Shown here one piece after another: positions 49,109 through 62,250 of a stretch of 64,000 nucleotides of DNA (the first letter of the stretch is position 1; each line of letters opens with the position of its first letter). The stretch comes from Octopus vulgaris (Eukaryota), in contig OX597823.1 in the NCBI GenBank assembly GCA_951406725.2, forward strand, positions 84,134,001-84,198,000, given 5' to 3'. The position numbers were made by a program, and so were the translations under genes. The notes beneath the pieces were generated by a model. The model ran no database searches. It saw only the letters and a list, made by a program, of their open reading frames with translations, and had not been told where the DNA came from.

Positions 49109-49297
49109 GTCAGTATGATTATTGTTTCCATTTTCCCTTTACTAGTTTCCAACCTCTTTCAATCATTGCCCTTCCGCGGGCACCACTGTTGCATGTTTTA
49201 GTTCAATATATCACCAGCCATTAGTTTATCTAATACAGAAAGCTACCATATTCAATTGCATAAAAGAAACTAGGAAGTGTCTCCAAAAGCAAGGATA

Positions 49298-50045
49298 ACA
49301 AGAGTACTCAGAGAGGGCAAAGCTTTGCCAAGGCAACACTGTCTTCTCAACGATTAGCCAGAGATGATTTTTAAAATGAGAATATCTGAAATAAAATTGA
49401 TTGCTGTCATAAATGGGAAGATTAAAAATGAACCTGACCGCTCTCAGAAATTAAGTAAAAAAAAAAAGAAAACAGAAAAATAATACAGAAAGCTTGTCCG
49501 GTACCGGATCGATCCCAAAATTTAATTAGTTTGTGCCAGTTACGAGGCTAAACATGCCTGAGATATCTTCTCCACGGACAGACGAACAAACACAATTACT
49601 CTTTACTCTTTTATTTGTTTCAGTCATTTGACTGTGGGCATGTTGGAGCACCGCCTTTAGTTGAGCAAATCGACCCCAAGACTTATTCTTTGTAAGCTTA
49701 GTACTTATTCTATTGGTCTCTTTTGCCGAACCGCTAAGTTACGGGGACATAAGCACATCAGCATTGATTGTCAAGCGATGTTGGAGTGACAAACACACAC
49801 ACACACACATATATATATATACATACACATATATACAACAGGCTTCTTTCAGTTTCTGCCTACCAAATCCACTCACAAGGCTTTGGTCAGCCCGAGGCTA
49901 TAGTAGAAAACACTTGCCCAAGGTGCCACGCATTGGGACTGAACCTGGAACCATTTGGTTTGTAAGCAAGCTACTTACCACACAGCCACTCCTACGTCTA
50001 GTATTGAAAACAATACTTCTGCCTTCACTAAGATGGAGGTAAAAA
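49298..50045. mobile_element. Helentron/DINE-like element with nested CORE-SINE
   Basis: ACAAGAGTACTCAGAGAG start, GACAGAC tract, terminal hairpin ACTTCTGCCTT.ACT.AAGATGGAGGT then A-run. Confidence 0.5.
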
Positions 50046-50173
50046 TCTTTGCTTTATTGCAAGGCAAATTCCCTCTCTAGTTCTACTTAAAAGCAAAATT
50101 GAAGATCCTATGTTTACTCTTTATATTAGTCAGACTGGTCTCCTTATCTTGATTGTTTCTTTCAGTATATTCC

Positions 50174-50449
50174 AACTGTTGTATGTTCCGGCCATCTTCG
50201 GGTGTCTTTTGTTGAATTCAGTTGTTGTTGTATTGGAATTTCGAATCTAATCCTTTATTTGATCCATGGGGGTACACAGTTCTCATTCCACTCTCAGTGT
50301 TTCATGACATTTTTTTGCTTTAGTTGAATTATGTGAATTCACCTTATTGCCTCACCTGGCAGAGCTTCTAGGTGACTGCACTGCATTAACCAACATCTTT
50401 ACTGAGTTCAAAGCAAGACACCTGAAGAAGGCTGGCATGCACAACAGTT
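50174..50449. repeat. Element with ~35-bp imperfect terminal inverted repeats
   Basis: AACTGTTGTATGTTCCGGCCATCTTCGGGTGTCTT versus AAGACACCTGAAGAAGGCTGGCATGCACAACAGTT. Confidence 0.65.
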
Positions 50450-50778
50450 TTCTTTCGGTTTTCTTCTTCCACATCCACTCACAAGGGGCCTGTAATTATA
50501 GTAGAGGGCACTTGCCCAAGGTGTCATGTAGGGGTACTGAACCCAGATCCATGTAGTTGGGAAGCAGACTTCTTACCATTCAGCCACACCTGGGCCTATC
50601 TGTTATCTTCTGCTTGGTTCAGTTATTAGACTATGGCCATGCTGGGGCATCATCTTGAAGAATTTAAAGTCCAGTATTTATTCTATCAGTCTTTCTTGCT
50701 GTACTGCTAAGTTACAGCTATGTAAACACCAACACCAGCTACCGAGCAGTGATGCAAGACAAACACAATCAGTGACGC

Positions 50779-51390
50779 GTAAAAAGCACCATTCGAGCAT
50801 GGCCAATGCCAGTGCTGCCTGACTGGCACCTGTGCTGGTGGCACATATAAAGTGTCATTTGAGTGTGACTGATGCTAGTGCTGCTTGATTAGCACTCGTA
50901 CCAGTGGCATGTGAAAGACACCTTTGAGCATGGCTAATACCAGTGCCGCTTGACTGGCACCCGTGCTGGTGGCACACAAAAGGCGCTATTCGAGCATAGA
51001 TGATGCTAGTGCTGCCTGACTGGCAACTATGCTGGTGGCACATATAAAGCATCATTTGAGTGTGATTGATGCTAGTGCCGCCTGACTGGCACCTGTGCTG
51101 GTGGCATGTAAAAGGTACCATTTGAGCATGGCCAATGCCAGTGCCATCTGACTGGCACCCAAGCTGGTGGCACACAAAAGGCACTATTCGAGTATGGATG
51201 ATGCCAGTGCTGCCTGGCTGGCTCCTGTGCTGGTGGTTGGCATTAGGAAGGGCATCTTGCTGTAGAAACCTTGCCAAATCACATGGAGCCTGGTGCAGCC
51301 TCCCGACTTGCCAGTCCTCAGTCAAACTGTCCAACCCATGCCAGCATAGAAAGCAGGCATTAAACAACGACAACAACGATGATGATGATA
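50779..51390 (+). mobile_element. RTE 3' end with seven ~66-bp tandem units
   Basis: Units start near 50782, 50849, 50914, 50979, 51046, 51111, 51177. Confidence 0.8.
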
Positions 51391-52121
51391 TAAACAGAAG
51401 AGATCCAGAGATCCTCAGTATAAATGACACTTCGTAGTGCTCAAAAGATTCAAACTTAGACTTGCATGTCTTTAAAGGGGATCAATTCCACAGGGTAAAG
51501 AATGGCTATAAGACGGATCTTGTTGGACAGATATGAAGGCAATTATGTGGATAAAGAAATTAAATATAATAAATATGATATTCTTCCTTTGAATTTCTCT
51601 GCGCACCCACTACACTCATAGAGTGGTTGGTGTTAGGAAGAGCATCCAGCTGTAGAAACATTGCCAGATAAGACTGGAGCCTGGTGCAGCCTTCTGGCTT
51701 CCCAGATTCCCGGTCGAACCGTCCAACCCATGCTAGCATGGAGAACGGACGTTAAACGATGATGATGATGATGATGAAATGTAAGATCTTCTCTATGCTG
51801 ATGACAGAGGCTCATCTTATCCAAGGTTGATTGCTTCATTTACGACCTCATATTGTAATGAACTGCATCTACTAACATTATAATGGATCACCAAGCTCCC
51901 AGAAACAGTTGTTGGACTTATAACACCTTTCTTTCACCCCTTTAATTTTGTCTGTCGTTTGTACTCTCTGTAAATTGGATCTATTAATATAAATATCTAT
52001 ATATTTATATTTAAATATTCATCATTTAAAAGTCTCCACTTTTTGCTTTCTCTCGTTTTGCATGTATATATTTATATATGTATATTTTGCATTGCATACC
52101 CAGACTATTATTTTCCATACA

Positions 52122-52198
<77 letters not shown>

Positions 52199-52399
52199 CA
52201 TAATCATTTAGTGTCCGCTCTCCATGCTAGCATGGGTTGGATGGTTCAACTGGGGTCTGGGAGGTCAGAAGGCTGCACCAGGCCCAGTCTGATCTGGCAA
52301 TGTTTCTACAGCGGGATGCCCTTCCTAACGCCAACCACTCCGTGAGTGTAGTGGGTGCTTATTACGTGCCACCGGCACATATATATATATGTATGTATT

Positions 52400-52860
52400 C
52401 CTTTGAGTGTTGGACTTCATGGAGGCAAAGTGACTGAGTTCCTTTCAAGCATTGGGCCTCACGGAGGCAAAGCAGCTTGAGTTCCTCTCAAGCATTGGGC
52501 CTCACTGAGGCAAAGTGGCTGAGTTCTTTTAGAGTGTTGGGCCTCATGGAGGCAAAGTGGCCAAGATTTTTTCGAGCACTGGGCTTCACAGAGGTATTGA
52601 CTAAGACCTTTGTCACGCTTGAGAAGACCTGTCAAGCCGAGCAAAATTGCAGTCATGGCAGATACTGGTATCATGCAAATGGCACCTGTGCCAGTGGTGT
52701 GTAAAAGCACCTATTATATTCTCAGAGTGGTTGGTATTAAGAAGGGCATCCAGCCATAGAAAACCATGCCAAATAAGACTGGAGTCTAGTAGAGCCTTCA
52801 AGCTTACCAATCCTGGTCAAACCGTCCAACCCATGGCCAACGGATGCTAAATGATGATGG
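52400..52860 (+). mobile_element. RTE 3' fragment with ~42-bp tandem repeat
   Basis: About five TTGGGCCTCA.GGAGGCAAAG units (LGLTEAK), then the tail. Confidence 0.7.
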
Positions 52861-55039
52861 TGATATATTTTCATCACAGGCTCCTTTCAGTTTCTGCCAA
52901 CCAAATGCACTCACAAGGCTTTGGTTGGGGACTGAGTCTATTACAAAAGACTCTTGCCCAAAATGCCACACAGTGGGATTGAACCCCAAACCATGTGATT
53001 GGAAAGCAAACTGCTTACTGCACAGCCACACCTGTGCCAACGTACGAATGTATTTGACAAAAAAAATTTTTTCACTCTTACCCATTTAGACATTAAATTA
53101 ACTCATACTGCTTCAAGGAAAACATGTCAAATGTATGTAATAATAATAATAACAACAATAATAGTAATTATCAGCCACAGGGGCATAGATGAGGGGGAAT
53201 AATAATATATTGATTTCTGTTTAATAAGATGAAGTTGAAGGCATCTTTCGTATAGTTTTAAAGTCATATTTGTGTATCTTACGAGGATTAACAATGTTTC
53301 GTTGTTTTGTGGTTGTTGTTTTTTTACAAAGAATTTAAAATATAATTATAAAGCATTGTGTTCATTCCAAATTTACAAAAAAAAAATTAAAAAATAATCA
53401 TTTATTGTTGTTGTTATTATTATCATTATTATTAGCAATTTTAGTCCAAGTCAGCTTGGGGAAAAATTGTACGGAAAACTTAAAATGTTGATTATAATTT
53501 TTACCATTCCAGAATGCAATTACAAAAATATATTATCTGTAAATATAAAAACTGAAAATATTAACCATAATAATAATAATGATAATAATGATAATAATAA
53601 TAATAAATGAAACATTGTGACAAAGTCATTATCTGTATAGTCTGCTTTTGTTTCTTTTTTTTTTCTCTCTCCCTTATCTCCTTTTTTTGTCTTTGTCTTT
53701 CCCTCTTTCTTCACTGTCCTTCTTATTCTTTGCCTTCGGCTCTTATTGTTAGCGTTGTTTGTTGCTATGCAGTGTTTTTTGAGCTGATATTGTACTGAAC
53801 GAATAATGGTCTTCACTTGCAGCTTGTATTGTAAAGTGGTTTTCGAATTAGATAACAAACTAAATGTGGTGAAATATTACATACACACAAACACATATGT
53901 ATAGGCACACAGGGGCACATTTATTTATAAATAAATATATATGTATATATATACACACACACACACTTATATACATATATACACACACATTCATTCACAT
54001 ATGTACATACATACACCTGTCTATCTATAAAAATTCAATTTCTCGTATTTTGTTTTGTTTATAATTTCTCACTTGTCTCTGTAATTAGTTGATAGTCTGT
54101 CCAGTTATTTATTTTCTTTCACCTGAGCTAATATTGTTGCTATGTGACAATAGGCGCAGGTGTGGCTGTGTGGTAAGAAGTTGGCAGAAATGTTAGCACA
54201 CCGGGCGAAATGCTTAGCGGTATTTCGTCTGCCATTCTGAGTTCAAATTCCACTGAGGTCGACTTTGCCTTTCATCCTTTCGGGGTTGATAAATTAAGTA
54301 CCAGTTACGCACTGGGGTCAATGTAATCGACTTAATACCTATGTCTGTCCTTGTTTGTCCCCTCTATGTTTAGCCCCTTGTGAGTAATAAAGAAATAGGT
54401 ATTTCATCTGCCGTTACATTCTGAGTTCAAATTCTGCCAAGGTCGACTTTGCCTTTCATCCTTTCGGGGTCAATAAATTAAGTACCAGTTACGCACTGGG
54501 GGCTCGATGTAATTGATTTAATCTGTTTGTTTGTCCTCTCTATTTTTAGCCCCTTGTGGGCAATAAAGAAATAAGAAGTTCAATGTTCAAGCTTTGTATT
54601 AAAAAACAATATTTAACCAATGGTAGTCAGTTTGTTGATCAAAAGTTTTCTCCATTTTCTGCTCATGTTAAATGTGATTCCTGATAAACTCTCATTTATT
54701 CTGTTATTACCTGTATCCTATGTGCATAGTATGCTTGTATACCCACGCCTAAGATTAACATAGGTAATTTACAGCAGTAGTTATAACGGATTTTCTTATC
54801 CCTTAGATACTCCAACAGCTAACTCTACTTATCTATCTGTCTATCTATCTATCTATATATATATATATATATATATATACATACATATATATATAGGATT
54901 AATGTAAACATACAGAGGTACTTCATTAGAACACAGTCTGGATTGTAACCCTTTATATTCACTCTGTTTGCAGAACGTAGCAATGAGCGAAATACCACTA
55001 AGCATTTTGTCCGGCATGCTAATGATAATAATAATAATA

Positions 55040-55350
55040 ATTCAAATGCTCTGCTGCAGTACGAGGCAGTGTCCCTCATGCCTTTTGATCTTAACTGATT
55101 TGAAGTGTTATCATGTACATGTTTTGTCTTGGTATAAAAGATGGGCTCCAGCAAATACTCTGCTCAATACCACAGTGTTTTGTTAATCATCCTTAAACAA
55201 CTCTAATTCAGGGACATTTTGAGTGGTATGGGTTACTCAACTTTCTCATGTACTCTTATCAGACAGGTAGTCATGATGTGTGTATTGGGCTTTGTATATT
55301 TGTACCCCGGTGTCACTTTGATGACAGGCATTACTCTGTCACTCAATAAT
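55040..55350 (-). repeat. Unclassified interspersed repeat with ATT tail
   Basis: Homologous to 19555-19660. Confidence 0.6.
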
Positions 55351-55975
55351 AATAATAATAATAATAATAACAGTAATAATAATAATAATAATAATGGTTT
55401 CAAATTTTGGCACAAGGCTAGCAATTTTTTTTTTTTTGGTGGGGGGGTAAGTCGATTACATCGGCCCCAGTACTCTACAGGTACTTACTTTATCAACTCT
55501 GAAATTGATGCATGGCAAAATTGACCTCAGTGTAATTTGAACTCAGAATGCAGAGCATTTTGTCCTTTGTGCTAATGAAATAATAGTAGTAATATTAATA
55601 ATCCTCTCTACTAAAGGGACAAGGCCTGGAATTTTCAGGAAGGGGACTAGTTGATTACATCGACCCCAGTGTTTCACTGGTACTTAATTTATCAACCCTG
55701 AGAAGATGAAAGGCAAAGTCGACCTTGGCAGAATTTGAACTCTGAATGTAGTGACAGACAAAATACTGCTAAGCCTTTCGCCCAGCATGCTAATGATTTT
55801 GCTGGTTTGCCGCCTTTATAATAATAATAATAGCATGAGCTATTATTATTATAATAATATATATATATATATATGTAAATAATGCAGTAATCTTTAATGT
55901 GAGAATAGGACATAATTATTTCATTGTTATTACTGAGAGTATAAGACAACTGAACAATGGCCCACAGTTCATAGG

Positions 55976-56203
55976 TTAACCCTTTAGCATTCAGATTAAT
56001 CTAACAAATGTAATGCTTATTGATTTACATTATTTTGAATTCATCATGCACTATCACATAGTTTCAAGATTTCGATGATGTGACTGTTTATTCTTAGAAT
56101 GACATTGTAGGATAGGTGTGAGAGGCCAGATCTGACTGATTTGAAGATAAAACAGGTAGAATATTTTGGCCGGATATAGCCGGTTTGAATGCTAAAGGGT
56201 TAA
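55976..56203. mobile_element. piggyBac-like MITE, intact termini
   Basis: TTAA-CCCTTTAGCATTCA...TGAATGCTAAAGGG-TTAA. Confidence 0.8.
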
Positions 56204-56711
56204 ACAGTTTCCACTAAGTATAAACTACTGCCATTTCCTCATCTCAGTTCATGGGATAAAGAAATACTTGTTCTACTTAATTGCAGAGAAATAAACACAA
56301 TTCCAAAATAGTGAGAAAGATTGTCCTCAATTTAACAGCTACATATCTCTCTCTTGAAATATTTTCTTTTCTTTGAAATGGACTCTACATGTTTTAAATC
56401 ATAAATCTTAGGTCACACTCAACACAACAGTGTATGCTCTAACATCATTTTCCCTACTAAAACAGGGTTAATCTTGTAGGATTGATGACAGGATTCTCTG
56501 ATATGCCCTATCCTCTACATCTTTCCTCATTAACACCCTTGCTCAGATTTCCTCCTCCACCATCTTTCTCTCTGTCTTTCTTGGTTTTCCTTTCCATCTT
56601 CATCCCTCCACATTTAGTTTCACCATTCCTCTCACCCAGTCACTTTTATGCTTCCTTAGCACATAACATCTTCTCCCCATTTCTCCTCATAGCATCCTTC
56701 ACTATTTCTAG

Positions 56712-57458
56712 CCGGTGGCACGTAAAAAGCACCAACTGATCGTGGCCGTTGCCAGCCTCCCTTGGCACGTAAAAAGCACCCACTACACTCACGGAGTGGT
56801 TGGCATTAGAAAGGGCATCCAGCTGTAGAAACACTGCCAGATCAGACTGGAGCCTGGTGCAGCCTCCTGGCTTCCCAGACCCCGGTCGAACCGTCCAACC
56901 CATGCTAGCATGGAAAACGGACGTTAAACGATGATGATGATGATATACAAGGCGAGCTGGCAGAATTGTTAGCATGCCAGACGAAATGCTTAACGGTATT
57001 TTGTCTGCCGCTTCGCTCTGAGTTCAAATTCTGCCAAGGTTGACTTTGCATTTCACCCTTTCAGGGTCGATAAATTAAGTACCAGTTACGCACTGGGGTC
57101 GATGTAATCGACTTAATCTCTTTGTCTATCCTTGTTTGTCCCCTCTATGTTTAGCCCCTTGTGTGCAATATGGAAACAAATAATAATAATAGCACCATTT
57201 GAGTGTGGCCGATGCTAGTGCTGGTGGCATGTAAAATGCACCATTCGAGTGCCACATGTCATGTCTCCATGCTGGCGGCACATATAAAGTACCCACTACG
57301 CTCCCAGAGTGGTTGGCATTAGGAAGGGTAACCAGCTGTAGAAACCTTGCCATATCAGATTGGAGCCTATGCAGCCTCCTGGTTTACCAGTCCTCAGTCA
57401 AACCGTCCAACTTATGCCAGTATGGAAAGTGGATGTTAAATGATGATGATGATGATGA
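56712..57458 (+). mobile_element. Stack of RTE tail, Meta-SINE, RTE tail
   Basis: Consecutive family matches at about 56712-56945, 56949-57180, 57190-57458. Confidence 0.7.
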
Positions 57459-58879
57459 ATAATATTGGCTTGAAATGCTAAGTATTTCAAAACCTTGCAT
57501 TTCTTTAATAACTTTTTTTGTTTGTATTTACTGTCTCGCTTTATACCAACATGGAGTTCTTCACCAATGTCTTGTCGATTCTAGTGACTCTACACTTACT
57601 TACTGTATAGTTAAGGCATTAATTAAAGATTAAAAGACATTTCAATTTTAATGGATAAATACATTAATGAAGGGGAAACTTAATTCATCGTCATAATTAA
57701 TATGTATTCTCATTACCATAATTATTCTGCCAGTCTTTAATTGGATGCAAGGGTGTCATCTATGTTTAAGAATACGTCCAAATGAGAAACTCATCTAAAA
57801 ATCTATTAAATTAATAATCTTAATTATTCACCATCTTCCTATTCGTTATCATCGTTAACGTGATCGCTGTTGTTGTTGTTGTATTTAGATTATATCTAGT
57901 AGAAGATTGATTAATTTGCTAAGTAGCATAGTAATTAATTTGACTAGTTCATTCTGGTAAGAATTGGCTATCTTGTATTCTAATTTGAATATCAGCCTCA
58001 GCCATAGATGTTTTGCTTTCTTGGTCATCTTCCTATTTGCAGATTTTTTTGTTTCTCTTTTGTTGTTGTATGTCCCTTACAGGTACCTCCCCCACCCACA
58101 CCCTTGCCTTTAACCCCTTAAGTAGGTAGGCAAATCGATTCATCTAGTATTATGCAATGCACTTTAATAAGTGATTATACTAAATAACAACTGCATTTGT
58201 ACCAAACAGGAAGAACATTTATGTATGATAAAAGAAGTATTAGTTTAAAATAGCAATCTGTGTCTCAAACTTAAAGCAAATGCATCCTGAGGACGAATAC
58301 CACCGTTAATTAGGCTTGCCATGCTTTAACCATTGCACATAGGTTGCAATTTTAATTTTGAGAATTTTTTCATGCTTTTCATTTTTTTTTTCTTTGTTTT
58401 TACTGTTTTAAATTTGAAATTGAAACTGATAAAGTGAATACTTCTGTACTTCAAAATCTGCTGGTGGGATACTAATGTGAGAAACAATTTAAAAACTAGA
58501 ATTGAAACTTTGGGTTCAACTCCAGCAGAAATTGGTTCAACTTCAACTTTCCGATTAATCTGTCAATTGTAATGCCTATTTATTCACAATGTTTTGAATT
58601 AATTGTCATTGTTTAGTTTTAGAACGATGTTGCCGGGAAGGTGTGAGAGGCCAGACCTGTACAGTTTCAACATAAAACAATATTTTTGTTGGTTATGGCC
58701 AGTTTGAATGCTAAAGGGTTGGCTATAGAAAGGGCATATAGTCATATAATACTGCCTTCAAGGGGTTCTTCTCCAACTTAAGTCAACATGGAAAATGGTG
58801 AACATAAAGATGATGAATATCACCATGATCATGCTGCTGCTGTGTGTTGTGGGTGGCAGGGATGGCTTTCATGACTTTC

Positions 58880-59208
58880 CATCATCATCATCATCATCAA
58901 CATCGTTTAACATCTGCTTTCCATTCTAGCATGGGTTGGACAATTTGACTGAGGACTGGTGAACCAGATGGCTGCACCAGGCTTCAATCTTGATCTGGCA
59001 GAGTTTCTACAGCTGGATGCCCTTCCTAACGCCAACCACTCCGAGAGTGTAGTGGTTGCTTTTACGTGCCAGTCAGGCAGTACTGGCAACGACCTCGCTC
59101 GAATCTTTTACACATGCCACCGGCACAGGTGCCAGTAAGGTGATGCTGGTAACGATCATGCTTGAATGGTGCCTTTTACATGCCACCATTCGAGCGTGAT
59201 CGTTACCA
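58880..59208 (-). mobile_element. RTE 3' end with fold-back at the 5' truncation
   Basis: Tail reverse complement plus a 25-bp inverted repeat at 59147-59208. Confidence 0.75.
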
Positions 59209-59457
59209 TGGTGTAAATATTGCAGTTGTAATACTTAGTCTCAGATCAAGTAACTCAATAAACCAAGACAATGGCAGAAATTTAAAAACAAACAAATAAA
59301 AAGATATAAAAGTCTTTAACCCTTTCATTACTGTATTTATTTTGAGATGTTTTGTGTTTCTTTCAATTAATAATTGTTTCTTTAGCAGACAGGATTATCA
59401 TTTATTTATTTATTTATTTTTCATAAAAATCACTTTTTCCTTTTTAATTCTTTTCAG

Positions 59458-59542
59458 TATCATGATGCTAAGTGTTCTTAAAAATACCAAATCTAAAGTG
59501 AAATTTTGGTTTTTGAAAAACTATCTTTCACCAACTTTTAAA
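59458..59542 (+). CDS. UGGT1: UGGT exon 29 (GT24)
   Basis: [28 protein letters not shown]; phase 2 to 0. Confidence 0.96.
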
Positions 59543-59799
59543 GTAAGTTTAAACTTGTGTAATACTTTACCCTACATGTTATAATTTATGAACAAACCCT
59601 CAGCTCTTTTGTTCTTTTCTTTGTATTTTTTCATGTAAGACTACAGCTTGTGTTTCTGTTGAACACAAACTTGTAGACAAATGGAATTTGTAATGTTTTA
59701 ACACAAGTTGTTTCAAGAAAGATTTCAATTTTTCAGACTGTTAATTTGGTCTTTAGATGTGAAACATGATTTTTTATATATGTCTATATGAAAAGTTCC

Positions 59800-60014
59800 T
59801 GGTGCTGAAAAGTTCCTGGTCTTCAGGGTATTGCGAAAGGCCTGGTTGGAGGTTCAACCTTCCAAGTTCTTTTACAGGGCTTAGGAAAACTGAAGGCCCA
59901 CAGCAATAAGTTTATGAATCTGTGAAGGGGAATAAGCTAACTATATTTGTAATTAACTGATTCTCCCATATTTTCTTTTACCCAAAGATGGGAACTTTTC
60001 GGCACCCTCTTGTA
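59800..60014. mobile_element. Mariner-like MITE remnant
   Basis: GGTGCTGAAAAGTTCC ... GGAACTTTTCGGCACC..TA inverted termini. Confidence 0.5.
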
Positions 60015-60163
60015 TTATCCTGTGTGTCTTTCTTTTCTGATAAGGTATGGTGTGGTTTGAGAAAGATTTGGTTGGCTGCTATTTCTAACAAGTCAAGCAA
60101 ATGCAAACAAATAAATGACTAAATGAATGAATAAAAGTTTCTACCTTTTTTTTTTCTTTGCAG

Positions 60164-60273
60164 GATTTCATTCCTCACATGGCCAAGGAATACCAGTTTG
60201 AGTATGAACTAGTACAATACAAATGGCCACGGTGGCTAAACCAACAGAAAGAGAAACAGAGGATCATCTGGGG
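60164..60273 (+). CDS. UGGT1: UGGT exon 30 (GT24)
   Basis: [37 protein letters not shown]; phase 0 to 2; the next exon (YKILFLD) is not in the window. Confidence 0.96.
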
Positions 60274-61115
60274 GTGAGTTACAGCTTTTTCCATAAAGTT
60301 TCAAACAAACAAGCAATGGCACTAACATAACTTTGTGATGATGAAGCTTGCTTCATAGTCATGTGGTGTCAGGGTTCAGTCCTTGAGTGGCACCTTAAAG
60401 TTATATGGATCTGAGTCAAACTGTTCTTGATTTCAAAGTGGGTGCTGTATTAGCCAACAGTAGCAGCAGCCGTCCAAGAATTTGGACCTGGAGATCTCCA
60501 TTTCCAGCGACTTCAAGGGCCACCTCCCAGTGGTGTTGGGCGTCAACGAAGAGCCCTCGACTACAACAAGACGACCGAAATTTTTTTTTTTCAAGGTCTG
60601 GGGTCGCCCACCCCTAAGTCCTAGACCATCACCTAATCACCCTTACCCGTCTTGTTGCTTAACAACAACAACAACAACAGCAGCAGCAATGCTGGTTGAT
60701 TATCTCTTCGCTAGCAATATTAACAAGAGTGCTTATATGCACCACAAAGCCATACGAGAGGTTCTCTCTTGGTAACTATCACCGTATTCTGTGTTCTAGC
60801 ACAACATCCCATTTTAAGTTGGGACAAATATTATTTTTATATGTTTCTTAAATGCTTCTTTGTTTCATTTCCTGCATAAGATGAACAAAAGAATTTGAGC
60901 CTAGTGGCTTATAATCATCATCATCATCATATAAACGCTTAATGATGGCTGGCACAGGTTTGAATCTAAGATAAAGATCAAGAAATTATTGAGAAGGTCA
61001 TGTACAGTCATCCAGTTTGTATTTCAGGCATGTATATAGAAAAGGGTAGGAATTTATTTGACAGAAACTGTGTTGAAGCCCATGATATGAGTATATATAT
61101 ATATGTATGTATGTA

Positions 61116-61158
<43 letters not shown>

Positions 61159-61879
61159 AGAATTCACAAAAGATGAAGACAGGTGGTGTAGACAAAAACC
61201 AGATGTATTAGTTTAACGCTCGGGAAGTAAAAAAGTCTTTAGTGTTTCGAGCCTATGCTCTTCCAAAGAAAGGACCACAGAAAGAAACAAGGAGAGAAAA
61301 TAAAGAATGTGTAGTGGCTAGCGATCTATCATGGCGAATATATATATGTATATCTGCATGTGTTATATATATATTCATATTTGGTGGTGCACTGACTGAA
61401 TCAAAATGCTGAACGCCATTGCTTCTGACTCAGTACATTTTAGGTTCAAATTCTGCTTAGGTCATCTTTACCTTTCATTCTTTTAGGGTTGAGGAAAGTA
61501 AGTGCCAGTCAAGTACGGGAGTCAATGTAATCGATTAACCCCCTCCCCAACATTTCAGGCGTTGTGCCTGTAGTAGAAAGCATATTACATATATTCATGT
61601 GTATGTGTGTATTTGTGGTTGTGTCCCTCCACCACTGCTTGACAACCAATGCTGGTTTGTTTACATCCTTGTCATTTAGCTGTTTGATGGAAGTTAGTAA
61701 CAGAATAAGCACCAGGTTTTTAAAAAAATAATAAGGGCAGGGCTTGATTTGTTTGAGTAAAACTATTTCAAGATGGTGCCCCAGCATGGCCACAGTCCAA
61801 TAAGTGAAACAAGTAAAAGACAAATGATATTATAGATGGCCAAAGCCAAAGAAAAACACAAATAAAATATTTTGTTTTG

Positions 61880-62250
61880 CTCTTGCTATTGTTATTCTTT
61901 TTGCTGTCATTCCTGATATTATTCCTGTTACTGTTGTTATTCCTAATGTTATTCTTGATGTTATACTTGTTATTATTTGTGTTGATGTTATTCCTGTTGC
62001 TGTCATTCCCGATATTATTCCAGTTATTGTTATTCTAGATCTTATAACCATTATTGTTTTTGTTGGCATTATTCTTGCTGCTGTTATTCCTTTTGTTATT
62101 CTTGACGTTATTCATGTTGTTATTCTTACTATTCTGTTTTTGCTGTTATTCGTGTTGTTGTTGTTGTTGATGTTCCTGATGTTATTCTTATTGTCATTAT
62201 TTCTGTTGTTCTTCCTGTTGTTTCTATCCTTATTCCTGATGACGATGATG
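61880..62250. repeat. Degenerate (GTT/ATT/CTT)n low-complexity tract
   Basis: Repeating GTTATTC(C/T)T motif. Confidence 0.8.

Larger units (their letters stand above)
573..60273 (+). other. UGGT1: UGGT gene span, partial: 30 internal coding exons; 5' and 3' ends outside the window
   Basis: AG/GT-bounded exons (one GC donor) join with matching phases into a stop-free frame. It carries UGGT motifs: [142 protein letters not shown]. Confidence 0.97.

Noticed and set aside
50855-51430. 191-aa ORF with repeated C-H-Q-H motifs
   Set aside because: Antisense reading of the 66-bp RTE UTR repeat; period divisible by three.
57551-57610. 19-aa hydrophobic ORF MEFFTNVLSILVTLHLLTV with good Kozak context
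   Set aside because: Signal-peptide-like, but available donors are weak and phase 0, incompatible with exon 29; likely chance.
49109-59457. Nested protein-coding gene in the largest intron
   Set aside because: No exon chain with recognisable protein on either strand by eye; a non-coding transcript cannot be excluded.
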